Assembly: GCA_965242865.1 (NCBI GenBank)
Contig: CBDETK010000013.1
Coordinates: forward strand, 1,440,001-1,504,000
DNA: 64,000 nt
Direction: 5' to 3'
Source of the DNA: Candidatus Latescibacterota bacterium
Lineage (GTDB): Bacteria > Latescibacterota > UBA2968 > UBA8231
The notes under the pieces were generated by a model that did no database searches, was not told where the DNA came from, and saw only the letters and a program-made list of their open reading frames with translations. A program made the translations under genes and the position numbers. Positions 37,214 through 46,098 of the stretch are shown here, piece by piece (the first letter of the stretch is position 1; every line of letters begins with the position of its first letter).

Positions 37214-39001
37214 GTGAGCATCGTCGTCCTCGACTTTGGCGGGCAGTACGCCCACCTAATCGCCAACCGCCTGCGCCGCCTGCGCGTCCATGCCGAAATT
37301 CGCTCGCCAGCGACCGCGGTCGCCGATTTACAAGACGCCGACGGGCTGATTCTGTCGGGCGGCCCGGCCAGCGTCTATGATCCGCAAGCCCCAGCGTACA
37401 ACCCCGAGATTTTGGCGATGGGCAAGCCAATGCTGGGCTTGTGCTACGGCCACCAACTGCTCTGCCACCGCTTGGGGGGCCAAGTCGAGCGGGGGGCGAC
37501 GCACGAGTTTGGCGCGGCCCATCTACACGTCCAAAGAGCAGAGGGCGTGCTGGCCGGACTAGACGCCCGCGAGCGGGTGTGGATGAGCCATCGCGACCAC
37601 GTCGCAGCCCTGCCGCCCGGGTTTGCCGTCTTGGGCGCGACCGAAAACTGCCCGGTGGCGGCGATGGGCGACCCCGAGCGCAAGATCTACGGCTTGCAGT
37701 TCCATCCCGAAGTGACGCACACCGTCCGGGGCATGGACATCCTCGACAATTTTGCCGCGCTCTGCGGGGCCGAGCGGTGCTGGACGATGGAGCGCTACAC
37801 CGAGCAGGCGATAGAGCGCATCCGAGCGCAGGCTAAGGGGCGCAACGTCTTTCTGTTCGTCAGCGGCGGGGTCGATTCGTCGGTGGCGTTCCTCTTGCTC
37901 AACCGCGCCTTGGGCGCAGAGCGGGTGCGGGGCTTGCACATTGACAACGGCTTTATGCGCGAGGGAGAGAGCGCACGGGTCGAGCGGCTGATGAAGGAGG
38001 CCGGCCTGCACAACCTAACGGTCGTTGATGCCAGCGCGGATTTCCTCGCGGCTACGGCGGAGATTGCCGACCCCGAGGAAAAGCGGCGGCGGATCGGCGC
38101 GGAGTTCATCCGCGCCCGCGAGCGGGCACTGGCCGCGCTGGCACTGAACCCGGACGAGTGGCTGTTGGGCCAAGGGACGCTCTACACGGATACCATTGAA
38201 TCCGGCGGCACGGAAAACGCCGCGGTCATCAAGACTCATCACAATCGCGTCGGCGTCCTCGAGCAGCTTTTGGACGAGGGCAAGGTCATTGAGCCGCTCG
38301 ATCAGCTCTACAAGGACGAAGTGCGCGCCTTGGGCGAAACGCTCGGCTTGCCACCCCACTTGGTCTGGCGGCATCCGTTCCCGGGGCCGGGGCTGGCGGT
38401 GCGGGTTTTGTGCAGCGAGACGCCGAGCACACGGGCACTTGAGACCGCCCCCGAGGCGCAGAAGGTGGCCGCGACATTCGGCCTAGCGCTCGACGTGCTG
38501 CCGCTGCGCAGCGTCGGGGTGCAGGGCGATGAGCGGACCTACGCCCATCCAGCGGTGGTTACCGGCCCGAGCGAGTGGAAAACGCTGGCGGCCCTGTCCA
38601 CCGAGCTGACCAATCGCTTTCCAGCGATCAATCGGGTGATTTACCTGTTGGGACCGACGCCGCGGCCGCTGCAAACGCTCAAACCCGGGTATTTAACCCG
38701 CGACCGGCTCGACCTCCTGCGCCGGGCCGATGCCATCGCCATGGCGGCCTTAGAGCGGCACGGGCTGATGCGGGAAGTGACCCAAATGCCGACGGTGCTG
38801 CTCCCGCTGTCGTCGGATGGGGTCCAAGAGAGCGTAGTGCTGCGGCCGATTGCGACGTCCGACTTTATGACCGCACGCTTTTGCCGGTTGCCGCCGCCGT
38901 TTTTGGACGATGTGTGCGAGCGGCTGTTGGCACTCGCGGGCATTGAGGCCGTTTTCTACGACATTACCCACAAGCCGCCGGGCACAGTGGAGTGGGAGTG
39001 A
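37214..39001 (+). CDS. guaA: GMP synthase (glutamine-hydrolysing)
   Basis: VLDFGGQY, GLCYGHQL, QFHPEV, SGGVDSSV, IKTHHN, HPFPGPGL, KPPGTVEWE. Confidence 0.97.
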   Translation: MSIVVLDFGGQYAHLIANRLRRLRVHAEIRSPATAVADLQDADGLILSGGPASVYDPQAPAYNPEILAMGKPMLGLCYGHQLLCHRLGGQVERGATHEFGAAHLHVQRAEGVLAGLDARERVWMSHRDHVAALPPGFAVLGATENCPVAAMGDPERKIYGLQFHPEVTHTVRGMDILDNFAALCGAERCWTMERYTEQAIERIRAQAKGRNVFLFVSGGVDSSVAFLLLNRALGAERVRGLHIDNGFMREGESARVERLMKEAGLHNLTVVDASADFLAATAEIADPEEKRRRIGAEFIRARERALAALALNPDEWLLGQGTLYTDTIESGGTENAAVIKTHHNRVGVLEQLLDEGKVIEPLDQLYKDEVRALGETLGLPPHLVWRHPFPGPGLAVRVLCSETPSTRALETAPEAQKVAATFGLALDVLPLRSVGVQGDERTYAHPAVVTGPSEWKTLAALSTELTNRFPAINRVIYLLGPTPRPLQTLKPGYLTRDRLDLLRRADAIAMAALERHGLMREVTQMPTVLLPLSSDGVQESVVLRPIATSDFMTARFCRLPPPFLDDVCERLLALAGIEAVFYDITHKPPGTVEWE

Positions 39002-39005
39002 GAGT

Positions 39006-39344
39006 ATGTTCGACACCCGCATCCGCGACGAAGCCGTGAGCAAGCGCCGCGAGCGGCTGCGAGCAGAGCAAGCCGAGTTGCTCGCCTGTGTCCGCAGCAC
39101 CCTGTTGGCCCTGCGCCAGCCGCTCGGTATTGAGGCCGCGTACATTGTCGGCTCGCTGCGGTCGCCCAATTCTTGGCGGGAGTCGTCCGACCTTGACGTG
39201 GCCGTGGGCGGCTGCTCGCCCGTTGTGCTCGAAGTAATGAAAGCACTAGAGGACGCGACCGGCAGAGTGGTAGATGTAATTGACCTCGACCGGCATCCCG
39301 CCCCCCAATCCTTTGTCCAGTCGGGCGTCAAGGTGTATGGATAA
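39006..39344 (+). CDS. Minimal nucleotidyltransferase (MNT/MntA-like) antitoxin
   Basis: YIVGSL...SSDLDVAV...VDVIDL. Confidence 0.85.
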   Translation: MFDTRIRDEAVSKRRERLRAEQAELLACVRSTLLALRQPLGIEAAYIVGSLRSPNSWRESSDLDVAVGGCSPVVLEVMKALEDATGRVVDVIDLDRHPAPQSFVQSGVKVYG

Positions 39345-39801
39345 AGGAGCCTTCTCCATCCTCGAAGCGGAATTGCGGTCGCGTTCCCGAGATATCGACC
39401 GCATCGGCGGGCGCATTGAGGAACGCCTGAGCGCGTTTGCCCATAGTGCCGAAGGGATAGACAGCATGGGATACCAACTCCACAACCTCTACGGCGCGTT
39501 TGAGCAGTTGTTTGAGGAGGTGGCGCGCTTCTTTGAAAACCAAATCGACGAATCAAGGTATCACGCGGACATGATTAGGCGAATGCAGCTAGAGCTCCAA
39601 GGCATCCGCCCGGCGCTCCTGTCCGCCGAAACGGCTGCCGACCTCGATGAGTTGCGACGCTTTCGCCATCTATTTCGCCACGCGTACGCCGCAGAATTGG
39701 ACCCCGACAAAGTGGCGGATTTGGCGGCCCAAGCCGTGCGTGCCCGGCGCGCCTTTGCGCGAGACTTCGAGCGGTTCCTAGCGCGCTTGCGGCCCGAGTA
39801 G
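39337..39801 (+). CDS. HEPN (HepT-like) ribonuclease toxin
   Basis: LHNLY...E; RX4HXY motif RHLFRHAY; overlaps the MNT gene. Confidence 0.85.
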   Translation: MDKGAFSILEAELRSRSRDIDRIGGRIEERLSAFAHSAEGIDSMGYQLHNLYGAFEQLFEEVARFFENQIDESRYHADMIRRMQLELQGIRPALLSAETAADLDELRRFRHLFRHAYAAELDPDKVADLAAQAVRARRAFARDFERFLARLRPE

Positions 39802-39802
39802 C

Positions 39803-39920
39803 TATAGCAACCCTCCATCCTTCAAGACTGGATTCCCGCTGTTGCGGGAATGACATCTCGTCGGCAAAAAGACGGCGTCGATGAACATTCCATGCTTTCA
39901 AGTCACTTAGGACCGCTATA
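39803..39920. mobile_element. ~118-bp MITE (TATAGC termini) with dRS3-like core, copy 1
   Basis: TATAGCAACCCT...AGGACCGCTATA; similar to 57891-58007 and 59045-59161. Confidence 0.75.
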
Positions 39921-41165
39921 GCAAACGAGGGTGTACTGCTTCTTGCCGCGGCGCACGATCCAGTATTGGCCGTGGAGGCCCTCTTGGCGGCGTACGCGCC
40001 GCGCCAAGTCCGTGCAGCGCTCGCCGTTGATGTAGATGGAGCCGTTTTGCACATCTTGGCGGGCTTGGCGTTTGGAGGAAGAGACGCCGGCCGCGACGAG
40101 CAGATCAATCAGTCCTAGTTCCCCCGGACCCATCGCGTGCGTTGGCACGTCGCCAAAGCCTTCGAGGATTTCGGCCTCGGATAAATCCTGAAACGCTCCG
40201 TAAAAGAGCGCGTGCGAGATGCGCTCGGCCCGGTGCGCGGCGTCGGCCCCATGCACCAAGGTCGTCACTTGGGCCGCGAGGGTGCGCTGGGCTTCGCGCC
40301 GCTCGGGCCGGTCGCGGACGGTTTCGGCGAGCTGGAGGATCGCGTCCTGCGCCAAGAAGGTGTACGCTTTCAGGTACTCGACGACCTTTTGGTCCTCGGC
40401 GTTGATCCAGAACTGGTAAAACTGATAGGCCGAAGTCTTGGCCGCGTCGAGCCAGATGGTGCCCGCTTCGGTCTTGCCGAATTTGCTGCCGTCTGCTTTG
40501 GTCACCAGCGGGCAAGTCAGGCCAAAGGCCCGGCGGCCGGCGGCGCGGCGGATTAGATCGGTGCCAGCGGTGATATTGCCCCACTGATCAGAGCCGCCGG
40601 TCTGCAACTCGCAGCCGTATTCTTTGTTGAGGACCAAGAAGTCGTAGGCCTGGAGCACCATGTAGCTGAACTCGGTGTAGGAAATGCCCGCTTCCAAGCG
40701 CGAGGCGACCGAGTCCTTGGCCAGCATGGAGGAGATGGGAAAGTGCTTGCCGACGTCGCGCATAAAATCAATGGCCGCGAGTTGGCTGAGCCAGTCGTAG
40801 TTATTGACCGCGACGGCCGGGTTGGGGCCATCGAACTCCAAGAAGCGCGCGAGTTGAGTTTTGACCTGCTCGGTCCATTCGGCCACCACGTCGCTGGCAT
40901 TGAGCTGGCGCTCCTCGGCCTTGCCGCTTGGGTCGCCGATTAGGCCGGTGCCGCCGCCGGCGAGGGCAATGACCTTGTGACCGGCGAGCTGGAAGCGGCG
41001 CAGGAGCAAGATCGGCACGAGGTTGCCGACCGTCAGGCTGTCGGCGGTGGGGTCGAAGCCATTGTAGAGCGCGATTGGACCGGCCGCGAGGCGTGCGGCG
41101 AGGCTGTCGAGGTCCGTGGCTTGGTAGATCAAGCCGCGAAATTGAAGATCGGGGATGATGTTCAT
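39903..41165 (-). CDS. tyrS: Tyrosine--tRNA ligase
   Basis: LYNGFDPTADSL, GGSDQWGNI, KFGKT, C-terminal S4 domain with RRGKK. Confidence 0.96.
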   Translation of the reverse strand: MNIIPDLQFRGLIYQATDLDSLAARLAAGPIALYNGFDPTADSLTVGNLVPILLLRRFQLAGHKVIALAGGGTGLIGDPSGKAEERQLNASDVVAEWTEQVKTQLARFLEFDGPNPAVAVNNYDWLSQLAAIDFMRDVGKHFPISSMLAKDSVASRLEAGISYTEFSYMVLQAYDFLVLNKEYGCELQTGGSDQWGNITAGTDLIRRAAGRRAFGLTCPLVTKADGSKFGKTEAGTIWLDAAKTSAYQFYQFWINAEDQKVVEYLKAYTFLAQDAILQLAETVRDRPERREAQRTLAAQVTTLVHGADAAHRAERISHALFYGAFQDLSEAEILEGFGDVPTHAMGPGELGLIDLLVAAGVSSSKRQARQDVQNGSIYINGERCTDLARRVRRQEGLHGQYWIVRRGKKQYTLVCYSGPK

Positions 41166-41184
41166 TAGGGGTCCTTATGGGCAT

Positions 41185-41211
41185 AAAAAAAGCCCCTGTA
41201 ATCAGGGGCTT
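41185..41211 (-). terminator. Intrinsic terminator (attenuator) in the tyrS leader
   Basis: Minus strand AAGCCCCTG-ATTA-CAGGGGCTT followed by a T run, about 20 nt upstream of the tyrS ATG. Confidence 0.8.
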
Positions 41212-41243
41212 GTAACCGCGGTTGAGACGATAAAACGAGCGCA

Positions 41244-41306
41244 CTACCCCTCTGTGTGAAGCGAATAATAGGGGTAGCGGCGATTGGGGCGTAAGGTCTG
41301 CATCAT
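41244..41306 (-). CDS. Putative tyrS leader peptide MMQTLRPNRRYPYYSLHTEG
   Basis: GGAG RBS 5 nt before ATG; three Tyr codons (TAC CCC TAT TAT); TAG stop. Confidence 0.7.
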   Translation of the reverse strand: MMQTLRPNRRYPYYSLHTEG

Positions 41307-41322
41307 TCATTCTCCGCGCAAA

Positions 41323-41351
41323 AATATAACCGCGCCCTCTATCTCCGTCAA
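41323..41351 (-). promoter_or_regulatory. Sigma70 promoter of the tyrS leader
   Basis: TTGACG-N17-TATATT on the minus strand. Confidence 0.7.
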
Positions 41352-42604
41352 TCGCCCAGATAGCCTTGGGCGGCCCAGACTTTGCGGGCCAGCTTTTTCG
41401 CCTCGGCCGAAGGTTCGATTGCGCCCAAAAGGCTGCTCGGCGGCTGCCCTTGCTTTTTGCGCTCCGGGTCGGGCGACCAGTCGTCTTGGGCGTATTTTTG
41501 GCGCACGGACTCGCAACGGAAATCGGGCACCTCCATCGGTGCCGAGTCGTTTAGCACCGAACGCCACGCTTGGATCCCGGCGATGCTCATGTCGAGGCCG
41601 CGGTACACGTCGAGATAGGGCGGCTCGCCGGTGCGGATGGCCTCGGCAAAGTGGTAGCTGGTGAAAAAGTCGCCGCCGCCGTGGCCGGTGCGTGTGGCTT
41701 CGGCGTGATGCACGGGGAAGTCGGGCTTGTATACCATTTCGACCGGATCGCGCTGGCGCTTTTCCCACGGCTCGTACCACACGCGCAGCCGCTGTTTGTC
41801 GCCATGGCGGCAGTTTTCCATCACCCCCTTGTTGCCGTGGATGCGGACGTAGTTGCCGTGGCCGCGCAGCGCGCCGTGCAGCGACTTCACCACCGCGTCG
41901 TTGTCCATCCGGCAGATGATCACCGCGGCCGTGTCGCTGCGGTTCACGTGCAGCGTTTGGGTGGGGTCGGCGAAATCATAGGGGACGACAAAGCCGTTGA
42001 CTTTTACGGGCCGGGTATCGGTGATGTACAGGACCGGGGCGATGGAATGGGTGCAGTAGTACGTGGCGGGAATCCAGTTGCGCCAGTGATCGCGCCCGCA
42101 GCTGCGCGCCAGTTTCACTTCCGGCGGATCGGGATGGACGTACTCGCCCTCGCCGTATTTGAACTCGCCGACGCGCCCCTGTTGGTAGAGCCGCTTCATC
42201 TCCTGATTGAAGACCATGTAGGGGTAGTTCTCGGCGAACATGTACATTTTGCCGCTTTGCTCGACTGCTCGCGCCAGTGCCGCGCCTTCGCCCAAGGTGT
42301 GGCAGGCCGCGGTTTCGCTCATTACGTGTTTGCCGGCGTTGAGTGCTTGGATAGCGAACGGGGCGTGCTGGTGGAAGTAGTTGGCGAGCACGACCGCGTC
42401 CAGATCGCAGCCGAGAAATTCGTCGTACTCCACGAAGGTCGGCACGTTGAGGGCCTTGCCCTCTGCCCCGAGGCGCTCTTCCCACATGTCGCAAATGGCG
42501 ACGAGTTCCATGCCGGTCGCAGCGGCCGCCCGCATAAAGGAGCGACCGCGACCAACGCCGACTACGCCGACTCGGATGGGACGTGGTTTGCCGCGTTTTT
42601 TCAT
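41348..42604 (-). CDS. Gfo/Idh/MocA family oxidoreductase
   Basis: VGVVGVGRG, AGKHVMSE, GEGEYVH, GHGGGD. Confidence 0.88.
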   Translation of the reverse strand: MKKRGKPRPIRVGVVGVGRGRSFMRAAAATGMELVAICDMWEERLGAEGKALNVPTFVEYDEFLGCDLDAVVLANYFHQHAPFAIQALNAGKHVMSETAACHTLGEGAALARAVEQSGKMYMFAENYPYMVFNQEMKRLYQQGRVGEFKYGEGEYVHPDPPEVKLARSCGRDHWRNWIPATYYCTHSIAPVLYITDTRPVKVNGFVVPYDFADPTQTLHVNRSDTAAVIICRMDNDAVVKSLHGALRGHGNYVRIHGNKGVMENCRHGDKQRLRVWYEPWEKRQRDPVEMVYKPDFPVHHAEATRTGHGGGDFFTSYHFAEAIRTGEPPYLDVYRGLDMSIAGIQAWRSVLNDSAPMEVPDFRCESVRQKYAQDDWSPDPERKKQGQPPSSLLGAIEPSAEAKKLARKVWAAQGYLGD

Positions 42605-42646
42605 GGTTTAAGCCTTTGTCTAAGTGCCGCTATCCCAGCACTTACT

Positions 42647-43315
42647 TTAGGTGTTTTCAACGGTTTCTATAGCGATCTCACCAGTCCGAGAGTCGAGCGT
42701 AATTTTTACCAAGTCCTGATATTCCGGATCACGGATCGCGGACCGCTTGAAAACGGGTACGTTGGAACCATTCTCCCGGCGTGCGGAAGGAACGACTAAA
42801 CCGTCCAATTCCAACCGAACTGCTTCCGCACCAATCCGATTACAGAACGTGTAATCACTATCGTGTACCAGTTCCGGCCACTCGCTCAGTTTGTCTCGGA
42901 GGTCTTTTTCTTTGCCTTCAAACAAACAGGTAAAACACCGATAATAGGCACTGCGTTGACCTTGGGGGCGACCTCCAAAACCCTTTTTGAACCCATGCGC
43001 GACCTCTGCCTCGGCAGTCGCGGGGTCAAGGGCACTATAAAAGACGGGATAGGATCCATCTGAGTACCTCGTCGTGTGCCCTAGGTGGCGTTTCGGACGA
43101 AATGGCGCATCCCAGCGTTCTTCAGTAGCTACGAGTAGCTCGCTCAGTTCCTGTTCACTAAGATCATCCAATTCTAGTTCGGCAAGGAGTTCGTCGTACT
43201 CAAGCAAGCTGGCCAATCGGTATATCCGCCAGCGGCGGCGGACGGTAGGAATCTCGTTGAGCAGGTCGTCAACCGATTGGCGGGACTTGGGCGCGTCATC
43301 GTCCTGCGGCCGCAT
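42647..43315 (-). CDS. RES domain protein (toxin-like)
   Basis: YRL, RYSDGSYPVFYSALD..TAEAEV, GLVVPSAR...G.N. Confidence 0.82.
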   Translation of the reverse strand: MRPQDDDAPKSRQSVDDLLNEIPTVRRRWRIYRLASLLEYDELLAELELDDLSEQELSELLVATEERWDAPFRPKRHLGHTTRYSDGSYPVFYSALDPATAEAEVAHGFKKGFGGRPQGQRSAYYRCFTCLFEGKEKDLRDKLSEWPELVHDSDYTFCNRIGAEAVRLELDGLVVPSARRENGSNVPVFKRSAIRDPEYQDLVKITLDSRTGEIAIETVENT

Positions 43316-43919
43316 CCACGTACTCCTTCACCAAAAGAAGGTCTTCCATGGAGCCGCCCAACAGCAACTCCAACGGCTCTCGTTCATCTAGCAAGGTGTG
43401 CGGTTCGCGCAGCCATTCGTTTTCGACATCCAAATCGCGAAAGAGCGAGGACAGCGTCGCCCTGATATGAAAAAGGTGGGCAATTCTATCGCGAACATCC
43501 CGGCCGTGTAGGTTGACAGTTCCTGCCAAAATAGTTCGCACGAAACCTTTGGCCGCCGCATCGAATCCCAGCAGGAAGACTGCGTCATCTTCGCTCAAAC
43601 GCCAACTCTCAAGCAATTTTAAGACAAACTGAACTGGCCCGCTGATCCGTTTCGGCGCAAAGGCAAGCGATCGCCAATTCCCAACGTCGGGACCGATATC
43701 TGGAGAGAGAACTGCGGTAAGTCCGGACTGCAACTGATAAGGGGACGAACCGCTGGCGGAGGATGGAAAGGTAAGTTTCGGATTCCGCCTATAGCGGCGG
43801 AGCGCATGTGAATCGGCACCGACATCGGACGGCCCATCATAGCCGGAGTTCGACTTCAAGAGGGAGTCATTAGCACCTCCTCCAAGAGCCGGTCCTAATA
43901 GTTCTGTTGCAGTCGTCAT
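43296..43919 (-). CDS. Xre/MbcA/ParS-type antitoxin with N-terminal extension
   Basis: RIAHLFHI...L.SLF...ENEWLREPH..L....PLELLL.G..EDL..V..YVD. Confidence 0.72.
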   Translation of the reverse strand: MTTATELLGPALGGGANDSLLKSNSGYDGPSDVGADSHALRRYRRNPKLTFPSSASGSSPYQLQSGLTAVLSPDIGPDVGNWRSLAFAPKRISGPVQFVLKLLESWRLSEDDAVFLLGFDAAAKGFVRTILAGTVNLHGRDVRDRIAHLFHIRATLSSLFRDLDVENEWLREPHTLLDEREPLELLLGGSMEDLLLVKEYVDAAAGR

Positions 43920-44590
43920 GTTAATTCCACCTGAATCCGCGATAGTATCCCGCCTATCAGGCGATACTGTGCATCAATGTGATCGCGGACCGATTGTTGA
44001 CTGCCAACATGAAGGCTTTGGCAGAATATTGAAAATTCTTCTTGCTCGGCGGTCACCTTGATCGACGATCTCCATCGATCCACCAAATTGCCGATATCAA
44101 TGGCGACGACCGGATGCTCCTCCGTTGCCCCAAACTGAGACGGATCTACGCGGACATTTGCGGCGGCAATTCTTCCGAGGTGTTCGGCGGCGTTGCCTTC
44201 TCCACTCAGTTTGAGAAAGATACTGATCGTCTCATTGAGCATGGCTACATCGGTACAGGTCTCGTTCAGGGCCACCGCGATCAGGTCAATACATTCCTTG
44301 CAAATCTCGACATCGTTCTCATTCAAGTTGGAAAAGTCTATAGCCAACCGCATCGGTGTTAGATGGACCGATGCGTTGCCGCTAAACATCTTAATCCGTA
44401 GCCCGGTGTCCGATTGCATCCCATCTGTCGAAACATACATGTCGTCCGCGTTCAAGGCGTGTGGATAAAGATCCCGGACGCCCGCGTAAATACGTGCTTG
44501 AAGTTTGGGTGCTTGGGGTATCACATCGAACAACGGAACGTCGAAGTCGGCCTGATAGCCGATGTCCATCCCAGCAAATGACGCTTTCAT
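43916..44590 (-). CDS. Hypothetical protein, first gene of the RES cassette
   Basis: AAGGA RBS; 4-nt overlap with the next gene; same AT-richer composition. Confidence 0.65.
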   Translation of the reverse strand: MKASFAGMDIGYQADFDVPLFDVIPQAPKLQARIYAGVRDLYPHALNADDMYVSTDGMQSDTGLRIKMFSGNASVHLTPMRLAIDFSNLNENDVEICKECIDLIAVALNETCTDVAMLNETISIFLKLSGEGNAAEHLGRIAAANVRVDPSQFGATEEHPVVAIDIGNLVDRWRSSIKVTAEQEEFSIFCQSLHVGSQQSVRDHIDAQYRLIGGILSRIQVELT

Positions 44591-44738
44591 TCTATTTCCT
44601 TGGCTTCAGTGCTCGCCCGTCAAGGCGGTTCTACGATACCACATTCCGTCTCTCCGGTTTTCTATTTATATCGTTGTCGGTGCGCTGTCAACCTACCCCG
44701 ACCAGCTAACGTCTAGGCGGCGATGATCCACGCGGCAC

Positions 44739-46082
44739 TCAAAACGTCGAAGGTTTGGGCGTTGCCGGCGGCCAGTAGCCCTCGGGGTTTTCGTCCCATG
44801 CCGCGCCGCACATCCGCGAGATGACCGCCCATTCGGCCGCGGTCAGGTGGGCGTGGTTGTGGAAGAGGAAGCGTTGCAGCCCGGCTGCTTCCGACGCTTG
44901 GAGAATGCGGTAGAGGTCGCCGGCGGTCATGGGGTCGCCGCCGTGGGGTATGCGCCCGGTATCGACCCAAGGGACGATCTTTTGCGGATCGCCGACTGCG
45001 GCAATGGCGCGGCGCGTCTCTTCCTGTACCACCTCGTTGAAAAACGCCGGCGGAAATCCCAACTCCAAGTCGGCGAGGCACTCCACCTCGGGCAAGCGGA
45101 CGCCGAGCCAAGCGCGGACGATGGTCCAGCACTGGGCCTCGCTCAACGCTGGATTCCATTCCCAAATCTGCCGCACCCAACGGGCGACTGTGCCGTACAG
45201 GCCGTCAAAGCCGCGATGCCAGAAGTAGTGCTTGACCAAGAGCAAATCCACGATTTGACCCCAAGCGCAAAAGTCGAGCGCGGTCATGCCGGAAAACACG
45301 GCCGAGCGCGGGCCGTTGCCCAAAAGCAGGGGGCGCGGCAACTCGTCGAGGGCTTGGCGGAAGGCGCGTCCTTGGCGGATGCCGTCTTCGCGTCGCCAGC
45401 GCAGCCAGTAGAGCGCGTCCTCGTTGATGTCGAAGAGGTTCATCTCCGCGAGCACGCCGTAAGTGCCGTAGTAATCCACTTCGGCCGGCGTGAAGGACTG
45501 AAAGCGCCGGTGCAAATGCTGGCGGCCCCGATCGAGCCGCGCCGCGTCGTAGCCCCTAGCGGTCGCCTCTTGGTGCTGGCGGTCGCTGAGCGGGCGGAAG
45601 ACCGCATTGCCGTGGTGGTACGTCAGCTCGTAGGCCGACTCAGTCCAGCCATCGACAATGCCGCCGTCGGCTTCCGGGAACGCCGCGAAGATGTCCTCCC
45701 AAGCCGCCGCATGCAGCTGGGTGCCGTAGGGATCCTCGGCTAACGGCAGCCCCTCGGCGGCAATGGTGCCAGAGGCCGGCGCGAAGATCATCAGGGTCCA
45801 GCCGCGATCTTTGGCGTTGGCCAGCATGGCGTGTAGCCGCTTTTCTTTGGCAGGTTGCAGGGGCACATCGCGCAGTTGGGCGGGGAGGCCGCGCTTTTGG
45901 TAGGGGGCGAGATCGCCCTTGAACGCCGGGATGGTGCATTGGCCCTGCTCGTCGGCAAACAGCAGGCGGCCAAAGACTAAGCCGCGAATGCCGCCTCGTT
46001 CCCAAGCGTCGAAGATGCGCTCGTAGTCGGACAGGACCGCCTCTAAAGGCTGGCCAATGCGAATCCAAGGGGTCAGAGCCAT
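44739..46082 (-). CDS. Hypothetical protein (possible TIM-barrel, glycoside-hydrolase-like fold)
   Basis: Long ORF with host-like codon usage, co-oriented downstream of the enolase-superfamily gene. Confidence 0.6.
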   Translation of the reverse strand: MALTPWIRIGQPLEAVLSDYERIFDAWERGGIRGLVFGRLLFADEQGQCTIPAFKGDLAPYQKRGLPAQLRDVPLQPAKEKRLHAMLANAKDRGWTLMIFAPASGTIAAEGLPLAEDPYGTQLHAAAWEDIFAAFPEADGGIVDGWTESAYELTYHHGNAVFRPLSDRQHQEATARGYDAARLDRGRQHLHRRFQSFTPAEVDYYGTYGVLAEMNLFDINEDALYWLRWRREDGIRQGRAFRQALDELPRPLLLGNGPRSAVFSGMTALDFCAWGQIVDLLLVKHYFWHRGFDGLYGTVARWVRQIWEWNPALSEAQCWTIVRAWLGVRLPEVECLADLELGFPPAFFNEVVQEETRRAIAAVGDPQKIVPWVDTGRIPHGGDPMTAGDLYRILQASEAAGLQRFLFHNHAHLTAAEWAVISRMCGAAWDENPEGYWPPATPKPSTF

Positions 46083-46098
46083 GGCTGGGTCGCGCTCC

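Noticed and set aside
41200-41320. T-box riboswitch upstream of tyrS (AACCGCG present on the minus strand)
   Set aside because: The UGGN antiterminator bulge is missing and the leader is too short for a specifier stem; a leader-peptide model fits better.
41570-42799. Long antisense ORFs (this one and similar ones opposite other genes)
   Set aside because: These are typical high-GC shadow ORFs opposite well-supported genes and show no recognisable motifs.
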